A stretch of DNA of 64,000 nucleotides, from contig CAVVUN010000015.1 of the NCBI GenBank assembly GCA_963751455.1, forward strand, positions 128,001 through 192,000. Reading direction: 5' to 3'. The notes below the pieces were generated by a model, which was not told where the DNA came from, ran no database searches, and was given only the letters and a program-made list of their open reading frames with translations. Numbering within the stretch: position 1 is the stretch's first letter; every line of letters begins with the position of its first letter. Of the stretch, positions 38,271-48,666 are shown one piece after another. A program made the translations under genes and the position numbers. This stretch comes from Nitrospirota bacterium (GTDB taxonomy: Bacteria > Nitrospirota > UBA9217).

Positions 38271-40193
38271 TCAGGTCTTCTTCCTCCCTTCCATCTCGCG
38301 CTTTACCGTAGGGAACGCATTCATGTTCGTATGCGGTAAAAAGAGCGCTTGCATATATTCATCCATGAAGCTGCGGGAAACAGAGAGCTCTATGTAAGTC
38401 ATCTTTCTCGCGATCTCTTCGGCCTCGTGGCGCAGCCGGTCGCACAGGAGGGCATAATAGGCACCCATGATTGAAGTATTGCCCAGAAACTGGAACTTGT
38501 CGACAGGGAGGTCGGGAAGCATCCCGATGGAAATGGCGCGTTCCACGTCGATGTATCGTCCGAACCCTCCGGCGATATAGAGTTTTTCAATGTCGGCGAA
38601 GGTCATTCCCATGTGCGAGAGCAGCGTCGCGAAGCCGGCGTAGATTGCCGCTTTTGCGCGGATAAGATTGTCCAGGTCCACCTCGGTTATCACGACTTCC
38701 TTATTGATCGCGCTCTCAATGCGCCAGACAAGCACATATTCGAGTCCGCTTTCGCCCCGCCTGATCCGTCCGGACCCGATCTCCTCCCGTATTTTTCCTT
38801 TCTGATCTATCACGCCGTTCAGGTACATTTCGGCCAGCGCGTCGATCATGCCCGAGCCGCAGATGCCGATGGGCTTTGCATCGCCGATGACGCGGTAGTT
38901 TACTTCATAGGTTTTGGGGTCGATCTCGATTTCTTCGATGGCTCCTTCCATGGCGCGCATGCCGAATTTGATGCCGCTGCCCTCGAATGCCGGGCCCGCG
39001 GAGCATGCGGCGGTAACCAGCCACTCCTTGTTGCCGAGGACGATTTCGCCGTTTGTTCCAATATCAATAAAGAGAGAGACAGCGTTCTGCTTGTGTATCT
39101 GAGAGACCAGAACACCGGCGGTTATGTCGCCGCCCACATAGCTTGCCACATTCGGCATTGCGTAGAGAATGGCGCGGGGATCTATCTGCAGCCCTACGCT
39201 CTTTCCTCTGACGAGCGGGAAGAACGTAGCCGCGGGGATGTACGGCTCCTCCCGGATATGCTGGGGGTCAATTCCGTAGAAGAGATGCTGCATGGTCGTG
39301 TTTCCGGCTACCACGATATAATCGATCATTCCAGGAGAGACCTGGTTTATTTCCGTCAGCTGGGAGAGCAGAGCCGTTACGTTATCGAGGGCAAGCCCCT
39401 GCAGTTCCCGTAAACCGTTTCGCTCGGTGGCATAGACAATGCGCGTTATCACATCGTCGCCGCACTTCACCTGGCTGTTATAAGTGGAGGCAGTACCGAC
39501 GATATGGCCATTCGTCATATCAACAAGGTAGACGACGATGGTTGTTGTTCCGATGTCCACGGCCGCGCCGTAGCGAAGCTTCGTTGCATTGCCGGGGAAG
39601 ATGTCGAGCACTTCGAGCACCTCTCCCATGCTGAAGACCGACGCAGTTACCTTCCAATTGCCTTCGCGGAGCACGGCCGGGAGCCTGGAAAGCATCATGT
39701 AGTTCATGTGCATGTGCTCTGCGCTGAAGCCGGCCCCGTCGAGGGCCCGCCTGACCCTCTCCATGTCCGCGATGTTGTCGTCGATCGTCGGAGGACTGAT
39801 CTCGAGGTAAATGCGGCTTATGCGCGATTCAAGGCAGCCGCCCGCCTGCATCATCAGTTTCAGAAGTTCGTCGGCCTTCGCACCGGTAGCGATCTTGTGC
39901 TTTGCCTGCATACGGGACTCGGGGGGAATCTCGACGACCAAGTCGCTCTTGATCCGGGAAAGACAGGCAAGCGTGTAACCCCGCTCCGCTTCCTCGGTCG
40001 ATAAAAAAGAACGCGATTTTCCGCTCTCGACGCTTCCTTCCCTGATAACGACCTTGCACTTGCCGCAGTTACCCTTCCCTCCGCAGGAGGACAACACATA
40101 GACGCCTGCGGCCTTGACGGCCTTGAAGAGGTTAGTGTTGTCGTCTGCGGTGATAGTGACATTGTCGGGCAGGAAGGTTACTTTATATTTCAT
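38271..40193 (-). CDS. RACo/ASKHA (DUF4445) ATP-dependent reductive activator of corrinoid proteins, with N-terminal 2Fe-2S domain
   Basis: CGGKGNCGKC...LAC; DIGTTT, GNTTM, YVGGDI, DIGTNGE, AGPAFEG, GICGSG, AGGFG. Confidence 0.92.
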   Translation of the reverse strand: MKYKVTFLPDNVTITADDNTNLFKAVKAAGVYVLSSCGGKGNCGKCKVVIREGSVESGKSRSFLSTEEAERGYTLACLSRIKSDLVVEIPPESRMQAKHKIATGAKADELLKLMMQAGGCLESRISRIYLEISPPTIDDNIADMERVRRALDGAGFSAEHMHMNYMMLSRLPAVLREGNWKVTASVFSMGEVLEVLDIFPGNATKLRYGAAVDIGTTTIVVYLVDMTNGHIVGTASTYNSQVKCGDDVITRIVYATERNGLRELQGLALDNVTALLSQLTEINQVSPGMIDYIVVAGNTTMQHLFYGIDPQHIREEPYIPAATFFPLVRGKSVGLQIDPRAILYAMPNVASYVGGDITAGVLVSQIHKQNAVSLFIDIGTNGEIVLGNKEWLVTAACSAGPAFEGSGIKFGMRAMEGAIEEIEIDPKTYEVNYRVIGDAKPIGICGSGMIDALAEMYLNGVIDQKGKIREEIGSGRIRRGESGLEYVLVWRIESAINKEVVITEVDLDNLIRAKAAIYAGFATLLSHMGMTFADIEKLYIAGGFGRYIDVERAISIGMLPDLPVDKFQFLGNTSIMGAYYALLCDRLRHEAEEIARKMTYIELSVSRSFMDEYMQALFLPHTNMNAFPTVKREMEGRKKT

Positions 40194-40370
40194 GCGGTGA
40201 ATATATCAGGCAGACGGATCAGGGTCAAGAGGATTTGTGCCCTTTTTGATTGCACCAAAAAAATATTATGGTACAATTGTGAAGCCTGAATACTTAGGAT
40301 GCAGCCGGTCGCAAAAAAAGTTTTTTTGACACTCCGGCGACCGGACAGGAATGGGAATCATTGGGCACGC

Positions 40371-42548
40371 ATGAAGCTTTTTGAGATTATCGGCTATCCT
40401 CTTTTTGTTGTTTCCGTCCTTGAGTTCATTCTCGGGCTCATCCTGCTTAATAACAACCCGGGCAACAGCCGCGTTAAAAAGTCTCTGTCCGCCTTTTCCT
40501 TCTTCGCTGGCGCTTTCGCGCTCGTCACGTCGCTCATGTACATCCTTGCTGCCTCCGGCAGGGATATAACCCCTCTTGCCCGGGCCAACTGGGTCGGCTG
40601 GCTCATGATACCCGCGGCCCTGCAGTTTATTTTTTACATGAGGGACGAGAACAGCAGGGCCGCCCGGATAGCAGGATATGTCCTTTACACGTTCTGGCTG
40701 ATTGTTCTTTTTGTCAGCGTTTCCACCGACCTTATCGAGAAGGGCAATTACGCTTTGATCCCTTTCATCGACCGGTCCGGTCCTCTCGGCAAACCTCTTC
40801 GCGTGATCGGCATTGTACAGACTGCGTGGGTATTGTACGAGCTCTTTCTGCTCAGGAGTCGGGCGAGCGGGCTCAAACGCGCCCAGCTCAATTATTTCAT
40901 GTACGGCATGCTTATCTTTAGCGTTGGAGGAATACTCATCTCCGGCATCCTTCCTCTGATGGGCGGATCAGCCCTTGAACCCGGCCTCGGTTCCTACTTC
41001 GGATTCCCCTGGGTTGTCATGACGTATTACGCAATGACGCGCTACCGGCTGTTCGAGCTCCGGCTTGTCGCTTCGCGCACGGTCGGGATCGCGCTGCTGT
41101 CGCTCGCGCTCTCGGCCGTTCACATAGGACTTTTCACCCTGTTCGAACCGGAGTTCGGCCGTATCTTCGCGATCCTGGTCTCGCTGTCCATAATCTGTTT
41201 CATTTTCTTCGGGACCTCGCTTAATCGCAACGTGCAGCATTTCATAAGAAACGTCATTGTCCAGAACAGGTATGATTACCAGCAGATTCTGAGAGAATCG
41301 ATCAACGCAATCGGAACGAAACTCGACCTTTCAGAGCTTCTGGATTTTATCATCGCCAGTATACGAAAGAGCCTCGATGTGGAAAGCGTCCGACTGTTTC
41401 TGAAGGCCGAGGACGGACGCTTTGCACTCCGGAAGAGCTTCGATGCGCGCGGGCCGGTTGGACGGATCACACTCCTGGACGACCTTATTATCCAAAGGCT
41501 GCAGCGGTCCGGCAAGGTGACAATCAGGGAAGAACTGGAGGAGGAAAAAACGGACAACGGCGCCGGTCCCGTCGACAGGGTCATGGAAGGAATGGGTGCG
41601 GTTGCGATCGTTCCGCTCTTCCATAAGGGCCAACTTCTCGGCGTGCTGATCCTTGGTCCCAAAAAAAACAGAGAGTCGTATACGTCGATCGATCTCGATC
41701 TTCTCGGGGCGCTTGCAATCCAGGCCGCGGTTGCGATCGAAAACGCCATGCTGTACGACAAAATGGAGGAAAAAGTGCATGAGAGGACGAGGGAGCTCGA
41801 AGAGGCGAGAAGAAGCGCTGAGGCGGCGAACAAGGCCAAATCGGAATTCCTCTCGAATATTTCGCATGAACTCAGGACCCCCCTCAATTCGATCATCGGC
41901 TTTTCAGAGATACTGCGGGACGGCACCGCCGGGCCGCTTTCGCCCGATCAGCAGACATACCTGAAGGACATATGGGAAAGCGGCAAGCACCTCCTGCGGA
42001 TCATCAACAACCTCCTCGACCTTTCAAAAATTGAGGCGGGCATGATGGAGCTCGAGCTCGATGAATTTTATTTGAAGGAGCTTCTGGAGGGCAGCCTCGG
42101 TCTGTTTCGGGAGAAGAGCGATAGACGCCGGATAGTCCTGAACGCGGATATCAGCGGCGATATCGATATGATCACCGCGGACAAGACGAAGATAAAGCAG
42201 GTGGTCCTGAACCTCGTTGCGAATGCGGTAAAATTTACTCCGGATGGGGGGCGCGTCGGCATTACAGCATCACTGAACGGTGCGGGCGTGCAGGTCACTG
42301 TATGGGACACCGGCATCGGTATGCCGGCCGAAGATTGCGCCAGGCTCTTCCGGCCTTTTGTCCAGCTCGATAACACTCTCACGAAAAAATACGAGGGAAC
42401 AGGACTCGGCCTCCACATCAGCAAAAAACTGGTTGAATTGCACGGGGGCCGCCTCTCGGTCGAGAGCGAACCGGGCAAGGGTTCGAGATTCAGCTTTATC
42501 ATCCCTGCGAGGGGCGATAGACGCGCTCATAGACGACTCGAGCAGTAG
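40371..42548 (+). CDS. Sensor histidine kinase (multi-TM N-terminus, GAF, HisKA, HATPase)
   Basis: [30 protein letters not shown]; GAF-like GVL.LG.K...[10 protein letters not shown]. Confidence 0.93.
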   Translation: MKLFEIIGYPLFVVSVLEFILGLILLNNNPGNSRVKKSLSAFSFFAGAFALVTSLMYILAASGRDITPLARANWVGWLMIPAALQFIFYMRDENSRAARIAGYVLYTFWLIVLFVSVSTDLIEKGNYALIPFIDRSGPLGKPLRVIGIVQTAWVLYELFLLRSRASGLKRAQLNYFMYGMLIFSVGGILISGILPLMGGSALEPGLGSYFGFPWVVMTYYAMTRYRLFELRLVASRTVGIALLSLALSAVHIGLFTLFEPEFGRIFAILVSLSIICFIFFGTSLNRNVQHFIRNVIVQNRYDYQQILRESINAIGTKLDLSELLDFIIASIRKSLDVESVRLFLKAEDGRFALRKSFDARGPVGRITLLDDLIIQRLQRSGKVTIREELEEEKTDNGAGPVDRVMEGMGAVAIVPLFHKGQLLGVLILGPKKNRESYTSIDLDLLGALAIQAAVAIENAMLYDKMEEKVHERTRELEEARRSAEAANKAKSEFLSNISHELRTPLNSIIGFSEILRDGTAGPLSPDQQTYLKDIWESGKHLLRIINNLLDLSKIEAGMMELELDEFYLKELLEGSLGLFREKSDRRRIVLNADISGDIDMITADKTKIKQVVLNLVANAVKFTPDGGRVGITASLNGAGVQVTVWDTGIGMPAEDCARLFRPFVQLDNTLTKKYEGTGLGLHISKKLVELHGGRLSVESEPGKGSRFSFIIPARGDRRAHRRLEQ

Positions 42549-42606
42549 AGCGGAAACATTACAACCGTCACAGAGACGATGTACACGTACGATCTGAGGA
42601 GGAGAC

Positions 42607-43731
42607 ATGGCGGATGCCGACAAGCCGCAGCCCAGGATTCTTATCGTTGATGATGAGGAAAAGAACCATCGGCTTATTTCTGCAATTTTAAAAAATCTTT
42701 CCTGCGTTTTTGATACCGCGAAAGACGGAAGAGACGCCATAATGAGGACGGTGGCGTTCAACCCCGACCTGATATTCCTGGACATCATGATGCCCGAAAT
42801 GGACGGGTATGCCGTCTGCAGGTTCCTGAAGGACAACCCTGATACGCGGAACATTCCGATTATCATCGTCACCGCAATCGACGACAAGGCCTCGAAACTC
42901 AAGGCGCTCGAAGCCGGAGCAAACGATTTCCTTACGAAGCCGATCGACAGCACTGAAGCGATCATCAGGACCCGGAACCTGCTTCGGATCAAGGAATTCG
43001 AGGATTTCCTTAAGGACCACGCCGAGCGCCTGGAGGAGGAAACAAGGAAAAAGACGGCGGACCTCAATGAGGCGTTACAGGGCATCAAGAAGTCACAGCA
43101 GAGCCTGAAGGCAAGTTATCTTGACACGATTTACCGCCTTACCGTGGTGGCCGAATACAAGGACGAAGCAAGCGTATCCCACGTGAAGAGAGTCGGGCTG
43201 TGCTGCGAACATATAGCGAAAGAGTTCGGCTGGCCGGCCGAAAAGGTGGAAATGATAAAATACGCGGCGCCCATGCACGATATCGGCAAGATCGGGATAC
43301 CTTCCGATATCCTGCTGAAGCCCGGCGCGCTTTCTCCCGAGGAGCTGGCTCTGGTAAAAACCCACACGATCATCGGCGGCAGGATCCTTCACGGCTCGCA
43401 CTCGGAGTTCCTCAAGATGGCCGAATTGATCGCGATAAACCACCACGAACGGTGGGACGGGACCGGTTACCCTGCCGGGCTGAAGGGCCAGAAAATACCG
43501 ATCGAGGGAAGGATCGTCTCCTTTGCGGACCAGTATGACGCCCTCCGGAGTATGCGGCCGTACAAACCCCCCTTCGACTATGTCATGGCATACCGGATCA
43601 TCGTCGAGGGAAATGAGAGGATAAAGCCAGGGCACTTCGATCCCGAACTCCTCAAAATCTTTAAAGCTACGCATAAGACCTTCGAGAAGATCTACGATTA
43701 CCATAAGGACGAGCGCGCCCGGCTGATCTGA
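42607..43731 (+). CDS. Response regulator with HD-GYP (c-di-GMP phosphodiesterase) domain
   Basis: VDD, LDIMMP, TKP; MHDIGK, HHERWDGTGYP. Confidence 0.93.
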   Translation: MADADKPQPRILIVDDEEKNHRLISAILKNLSCVFDTAKDGRDAIMRTVAFNPDLIFLDIMMPEMDGYAVCRFLKDNPDTRNIPIIIVTAIDDKASKLKALEAGANDFLTKPIDSTEAIIRTRNLLRIKEFEDFLKDHAERLEEETRKKTADLNEALQGIKKSQQSLKASYLDTIYRLTVVAEYKDEASVSHVKRVGLCCEHIAKEFGWPAEKVEMIKYAAPMHDIGKIGIPSDILLKPGALSPEELALVKTHTIIGGRILHGSHSEFLKMAELIAINHHERWDGTGYPAGLKGQKIPIEGRIVSFADQYDALRSMRPYKPPFDYVMAYRIIVEGNERIKPGHFDPELLKIFKATHKTFEKIYDYHKDERARLI

Positions 43732-43861
43732 CAGAAATCCGATTAGCCCCTTTGAGCGGGAGTTTCTCTTTACAAGAATTGCCAAACTGATCGGACTTAC
43801 AAAATAGTACGACTTATTATTCGGTGCTTTCCGGAAACAGGCACGGCAGGTTTGATGCGGA

Positions 43862-44347
43862 ATGGGACTTTATCAAAGTAAAAGAGTTATTCTGGGTTTG
43901 TTTGCCGGCTTGATGTCAGGCATCGTGATCGGATGCGCTTCCGCGCCACAGCCGAAACATCTTGAGGGATACTCTTTCCCGGTCGCAGAAAAGGCGGCTG
44001 CCATTGCCCGGGCCATGATCGGGAAACCCTACCGGTATGGCGGGGACAGCCCGTCAGGCTTTGATTGCAGCGGCCTGGTCCGGTATAGCTATCGTTCAGC
44101 AGGCCTGGATCTGCCGCACGGCACCGGCGAATTGAGGCGGCAATCCCGGTCGGTATCTTCCCGAGAGCTCCGAAAAGGGGACCTGGTATTCTTCAATCAG
44201 GAAGGAAAGAAATCCTCCCACGTCGGCATCTATACAGGCGGCGACCATTTCATCCATGCTCCGGGCAGCGGAAAGCGCGTACGCATGGACAGTCTCGATG
44301 ACGCGTACTGGAAAAAACATTTCGTCGACGGCCGCCGGTTTTATTAA
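43862..44347 (+). CDS. NlpC/P60 (C40) peptidase lipoprotein
   Basis: Lipobox VIGC; GKPYRYGG, FDCSGL, GDLVFF, HVGIY, FIHA. Confidence 0.95.
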   Translation: MGLYQSKRVILGLFAGLMSGIVIGCASAPQPKHLEGYSFPVAEKAAAIARAMIGKPYRYGGDSPSGFDCSGLVRYSYRSAGLDLPHGTGELRRQSRSVSSRELRKGDLVFFNQEGKKSSHVGIYTGGDHFIHAPGSGKRVRMDSLDDAYWKKHFVDGRRFY

Positions 44348-44659
44348 CGAGTTCAAAAAACAAAGGATCCTGAACGTCATGCCGTGGAGTTCAGCCTGTA
44401 TTCGCGCTTCGCACTTATAACCACTGGCCGCAGGCGAGATCCTTTCTTTTTTCTGCACCGCCGTTCGCAGCGCCGCGCAGACATGCCAGAGTATCTTTAA
44501 TTTTACAGGTCAATACAGCTGCCAGTAGCGCTGAGCTTCGCACGCGCATGCACGATTGTGGTTACCGACTAGAGTCCCGGTCATGTAAAGCGCGGTCGAC
44601 CTGCACCCAACGATTTCGAGTGCGCAAGCGCGAGAGTAGGGCGTGCTCACGGGATGCAG
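44348..44659 (-). other. Structured ~310-nt dispersed element, copy A (ncRNA or ssDNA mobile element)
   Basis: Conserved blocks and pairing shared with 51971-52297. Confidence 0.65.
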
Positions 44660-44687
44660 GGGTGTTTTGAAAAAACAAAAAGGCTAG

Positions 44688-45467
44688 TTACTTGCGGGGC
44701 TTTCGGGAAGGTTTTCTTGTTTCAAGTTGTGCAAGCCGTTTCAGCCGGCTCTTCTGGGCAAGACCGCTCCAGAGGCCGTAGAACAGCACCTGCAGAGTTA
44801 TAACGACCACAAACCCTACATGGGTTACATATCCCATCGAGTCCGCCGCCTGCACAGTCATCTCTTCCAGCTTACGGTAAAGGATGACGAGGTTAGTCAT
44901 GGTCGTGATCATCGTCACCAGTGCGCCTACGATGACACCTTCCAGAACCGCCTCAGCTTTCGTTGTATATCCTATCCAGAGTCCTGTTCCAAAGCTCGAC
45001 GTAAAAGCTATAATTGCGAGAATAACCAGGCCTTCCGTGCCGCTCTGCCAGGGATGGTCTCCGCGCATAAACACAGCCACTGTTTCGATCGAGGCTGCAC
45101 CATAGATTTCGCTGAATGATTGACCTGTGAAGCGAATAAATGCAAGGCTATACAGAATTTCAATGGTAATTTTGATGCCGAAACTGACTCCAATCCCGAG
45201 AATGATACGCTCGACCGTGATCCCCTCAATTATTCTGCGCGCTCCCGATTTGATTCCATCGACATTTTTCTCGCGTTGACCGCTCTGCTGGTCAGTCGGA
45301 GTCGATACGACTTCTTTTCCCTTCATTTTTTCCAGTGCTTGATATGCAAGGGCATAGAGAATCGGGATAAGAGGGAGAACCTTGTTTGTCAAGGTTTCGT
45401 TACTGAGGGTGACAAGGCCGATAGCGCCGCCGATGGCTATGGTGAAGCTGAGAAATAGGTTGCCCAT
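44688..45467 (-). CDS. Hypothetical integral membrane protein
   Basis: 259 aa with about six hydrophobic segments and a basic tail. Confidence 0.7.
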   Translation of the reverse strand: MGNLFLSFTIAIGGAIGLVTLSNETLTNKVLPLIPILYALAYQALEKMKGKEVVSTPTDQQSGQREKNVDGIKSGARRIIEGITVERIILGIGVSFGIKITIEILYSLAFIRFTGQSFSEIYGAASIETVAVFMRGDHPWQSGTEGLVILAIIAFTSSFGTGLWIGYTTKAEAVLEGVIVGALVTMITTMTNLVILYRKLEEMTVQAADSMGYVTHVGFVVVITLQVLFYGLWSGLAQKSRLKRLAQLETRKPSRKPRK

Positions 45468-45541
45468 GGAAAAAAATTATACCACAATACGTAAGCCTTT
45501 TCGAGGGTTAAAAAATTTCTGACAAAGGAAAAATGGGATGC

Positions 45542-46198
45542 TTATTTTTTTTGGGCATAAGAAGCGAGTTGCCGGTAAAAATCTTTGCCGAGGAACGTTT
45601 CAATCGTCTTTTTAAGGCTTTTGTACATGGGCTCGCCCTTGGGCTTTTTCATGCACGGTATGTGGTCGAGATAGGGCGTGTCCTGGATAGAGAGCACCTG
45701 CCTGCCGTCATCCGAGGGATAGATCGCGAGCGGGTACTGGACACAGTCAGCGAATTTGAACTCCTCCCAGACGAGGCCTTTGTCCATGGCAAAGGTGTGT
45801 ACGGCGCAGTACCGGAAACCTTCCTTGTTCGTGTAGAGCAGCGAACAGGTGTTCTTGAAGATCAATACACAGCGGAAATCGCGGCCGCCGAAGGCGCGTC
45901 GAATCGCCCGGGCCTCATCCGCATGGATTTCGCAGCCCTTGGGGCACTGTTTCGAGCAGTCAGCGAGTATCGTTCCCTGTTTTTTGAGAACACCGCGGTT
46001 TTCAGCCGGCAGATAGGAAAGGATTTTGTCGAAATGCGCCTCGATGTTCTTCACTTCCTGGTCCGGAACGATGCAGGCCCTGTAGCAGCACTGCGATTTG
46101 CAGTCATAGCCGACCACATCGCATGTATACGGGCGGGTGAATATCTCCGGGTTTACCAGCACGGACGCTATTTCGATAAAGTTTTTTTCTGCGGACAC
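45542..46198 (-). CDS. DUF3109-like Cys-rich protein
   Basis: C.....C...CC..A, C, CAVH, K..DC..YPL; GTG at 46198 follows GGAGG. Confidence 0.7.
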   Translation of the reverse strand: MSAEKNFIEIASVLVNPEIFTRPYTCDVVGYDCKSQCCYRACIVPDQEVKNIEAHFDKILSYLPAENRGVLKKQGTILADCSKQCPKGCEIHADEARAIRRAFGGRDFRCVLIFKNTCSLLYTNKEGFRYCAVHTFAMDKGLVWEEFKFADCVQYPLAIYPSDDGRQVLSIQDTPYLDHIPCMKKPKGEPMYKSLKKTIETFLGKDFYRQLASYAQKK

Positions 46199-46342
46199 GA
46201 TCGAACCTCCAAGAGAATATTGCGAATCCCGAATTGCCCGGCCCAGCTCTGCGCTGACCGTAAAACAGTCCAATATTAAGACTATCCGGAATGGATGTAA
46301 AGACTTTTTTGACTGGCAGTCCTCCGACGGGGTGGCTTCATC

Positions 46343-46692
46343 AGCAGGCCGCTGAAAAAGTCTTTTAAGCCTAAAAAAAGCATTTGGGACGCAGAAAAAT
46401 CGGATAAACGCAGATAAGGTCGGATAAAAAAACGTTCTTGTATCGTAAAAGCAGTCACCCTGCGGGTGAATTTTTTTCTCTAAAAATTCTTTTGTTTGAT
46501 CTGCGGTTATCGATCGACTGAGCTCACGCCGAAGTCTGCGTTCATCTGCGTCCAACTGCCGTATTCAGGTTAAGCCGTCTTTGCGAGCGAAGCGAAGCAA
46601 TCTCGCCGTTCACAATGCCTTGAAAAATCGAGGTTGCCGCGTCGCAAAAATCGCTCCTCGCAATGACAGCGAGGGTTTTTCAACAGCCTGTT
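46343..46692. mobile_element. Nested MITE/REP mosaic
   Basis: Outer TIR agcaggccgctgaaaaa / tttttcaacagcctgtt; inner ttaagcct...aggttaa element (46365-46573); gtcttgcgagcgaagcgaagcaatctc...ctcgcaatgac palindrome. Confidence 0.75.
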
Positions 46693-47092
46693 AGATCCCC
46701 CTCCCCCTTGATGGGGCAGTTTAAGAGAGAGTGACGACTATGCACGACGCATATTCCCCCTCCTCTTGATCTCCTGCCATCAGGAGAGCGGGTAAAAATG
46801 TTACCTCGCAGCTTGCTGCTAGAGTTCAACAGCGAAAAAATCCGTTTCATGGCTGTTCGAGCACGTTCCGATCTGGAAATTCCGGCAGTGTGCGGCTCCC
46901 GTGCTTCTCTTGCTGACGTCCTCCGGGCCCCGGAACTCTCTGATGAGCTCAAAACCGGAGATGAACGGGCAATCAGGGACGAAAAGAGGTCGAGAATACT
47001 ATCAGCCGCGGACTGAAAGTGACTGCAAAAGACTCCGGACGCCGCGCGAAAAAGATACGCGGAAAAAAAATGACGCGCATCCCATTTTATTC

Positions 47093-47270
47093 TTGACAAA
47101 GAGAACCAATTTTGATAAATCACGTTTAAATTAATTGTGTGATGGCGCCGTCCGAGGTCTGGACGGATTGGACTTGGTCACTAACCCTTCCGCGGAACGG
47201 AAGGCGGTGCTCGCGGAGTCCGGGATGGCATTCTCGGAGCAGGCAGCGGGCGGAGAAGGAGGCAAACAGG
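47093..47270 (+). promoter_or_regulatory. Promoter and structured leader of the speD operon
   Basis: TTGACA at 47093 with a TGATAAAT -10-like box; hairpins ccgtcc/ggacgg, ccttccg/cggaagg, ggact/agtcc. Confidence 0.5.
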
Positions 47271-47705
47271 TTGCACGCGTTGGGGACCCACTTATTGTTG
47301 GAGTTGAAGGATTGCAACCCTAAGACCCTGACCAACTTAGAGTTTGTACAGGAAACACTAAAAAATGCAGCACTTGAGGCAAAGGCGACGATTGTAGAAG
47401 TCGCTTTCCACGAGTTCAGCCCCTTTGGCATCAGCGGGATGGTGGTCATCGCCGAATCCCATCTTGCCATCCACACCTGGCCGGAATACGGCTACGCCGC
47501 AGTAGATGTCTTCACTTGCGGAGACCTGATCGATCCGAGGGTCGCCGCACAATTCCTGATCGAAAAGTTCCAGTCTAAAAACCCGTCCATCATCGAGATG
47601 AAGCGCGGAATCCTCGGCCACGAGAAGCTTCCCCATAAAGTGACGGTACAGCAGGGAGAATCGCTCGAGCATGATAGAGCCGAAGAGTTACAAGTGGTTC
47701 ATTGA
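47271..47705 (+). CDS. speD: S-adenosylmethionine decarboxylase proenzyme
   Basis: G.H, F.P.G.S, IAESHLAIHTWPE, DVFTCG; TTG start after AAGGAGG. Confidence 0.95.
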   Translation: MHALGTHLLLELKDCNPKTLTNLEFVQETLKNAALEAKATIVEVAFHEFSPFGISGMVVIAESHLAIHTWPEYGYAAVDVFTCGDLIDPRVAAQFLIEKFQSKNPSIIEMKRGILGHEKLPHKVTVQQGESLEHDRAEELQVVH

Positions 47706-48591
47706 GTACACGAGCCCCGAGGAGGGGCATCTTCACGGCATCCGCATGATCCAGTACGCAAGCCAGACCAAGTATCAGCGGATGGAGATCATGGACAGCG
47801 GCAGCTACGGCCGGTGCCTCGTGCTGGACGGCAAGATGCAGTCTACCGTCACCGACGAGTTCATCTATCATGAGGCACTGGTGCACCCCGCCCTTTTGAC
47901 GCACCCGAACCCCAAACGGGTCTTTATCGTGGGCGGAGGGGAGGGAGCAACGCTCCGTGAAGTCCTGCGCCACAAGAGCGTGGAGTACTGCATGATGGTG
48001 GACATCGACCAGGAAGTCGTTGAAAAGTCCAAGGAACTGCTGCCTGAGTGGCACCAGGGCGCCTTCGATGACCCCCGGACTGATCTGCGCTTCATGGACG
48101 CGCGCAAGTACCTGGAAGAAACGACCGATTCCTATGACGCGATCATCATCGACATTTCCGAACCTGTCGAGGAGGGCCCGGCATACCTTCTTTTTACGCG
48201 GGAGTTCTACGAGATCGTGAAAGAGCGGCTGAGCCCGGATGGGGTGATTTCACTCCAGGCAGGAACGACCGCGCTGCACCAGCTTCTGAATTTCACGGCC
48301 GTGGACAAGACCCTGAACGCGGTCTTTCCCGTGGTCGCGCCTTACTGTGTCTCTATTCCGTCTTTCGGACTTCCCTGGGGTTTTACCCTGGCATCGAAGA
48401 ACCTCGATCCCCGGAAGTTTTCGCCGCGGGACCTGGACGCCATGATCAAAAAGAGGATCAAGGGCGAAAATCGGTACTACGACGGCATAACGAACCAGGG
48501 CATGTACATGTTGCCGAAGCATATCCGCAAGGCCATGGCGGAAGAGACCAGGATCATTGAAGACAATGCACCCCTCTTTACGTACCACTAG
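47671..48591 (+). CDS. speE: Spermidine synthase (polyamine aminopropyltransferase)
   Basis: LDG..Q, DEFIYHEALVHP, GGGEGATLRE, VDID, DAIIID. Confidence 0.95.
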   Translation: MIEPKSYKWFIEYTSPEEGHLHGIRMIQYASQTKYQRMEIMDSGSYGRCLVLDGKMQSTVTDEFIYHEALVHPALLTHPNPKRVFIVGGGEGATLREVLRHKSVEYCMMVDIDQEVVEKSKELLPEWHQGAFDDPRTDLRFMDARKYLEETTDSYDAIIIDISEPVEEGPAYLLFTREFYEIVKERLSPDGVISLQAGTTALHQLLNFTAVDKTLNAVFPVVAPYCVSIPSFGLPWGFTLASKNLDPRKFSPRDLDAMIKKRIKGENRYYDGITNQGMYMLPKHIRKAMAEETRIIEDNAPLFTYH

Positions 48592-48666
48592 CGGGACGCA
48601 GGCAGCGCGCGCCCTGCACGGGATTTTTTTTCTGCGAACCTGCGGGGAGAAAACCCGGATAATACA

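Noticed and set aside
46199-46555. N-terminal extension of the DUF3109-like ORF in the ORF track
   Set aside because: It runs through palindromic repeats; a better GTG start with GGAGG lies at 46198
46900-47000. Hammerhead ribozyme (ctgatga ... gaaa)
   Set aside because: Stem II is mismatched, there is no valid NUH cleavage site, and stem I does not pair
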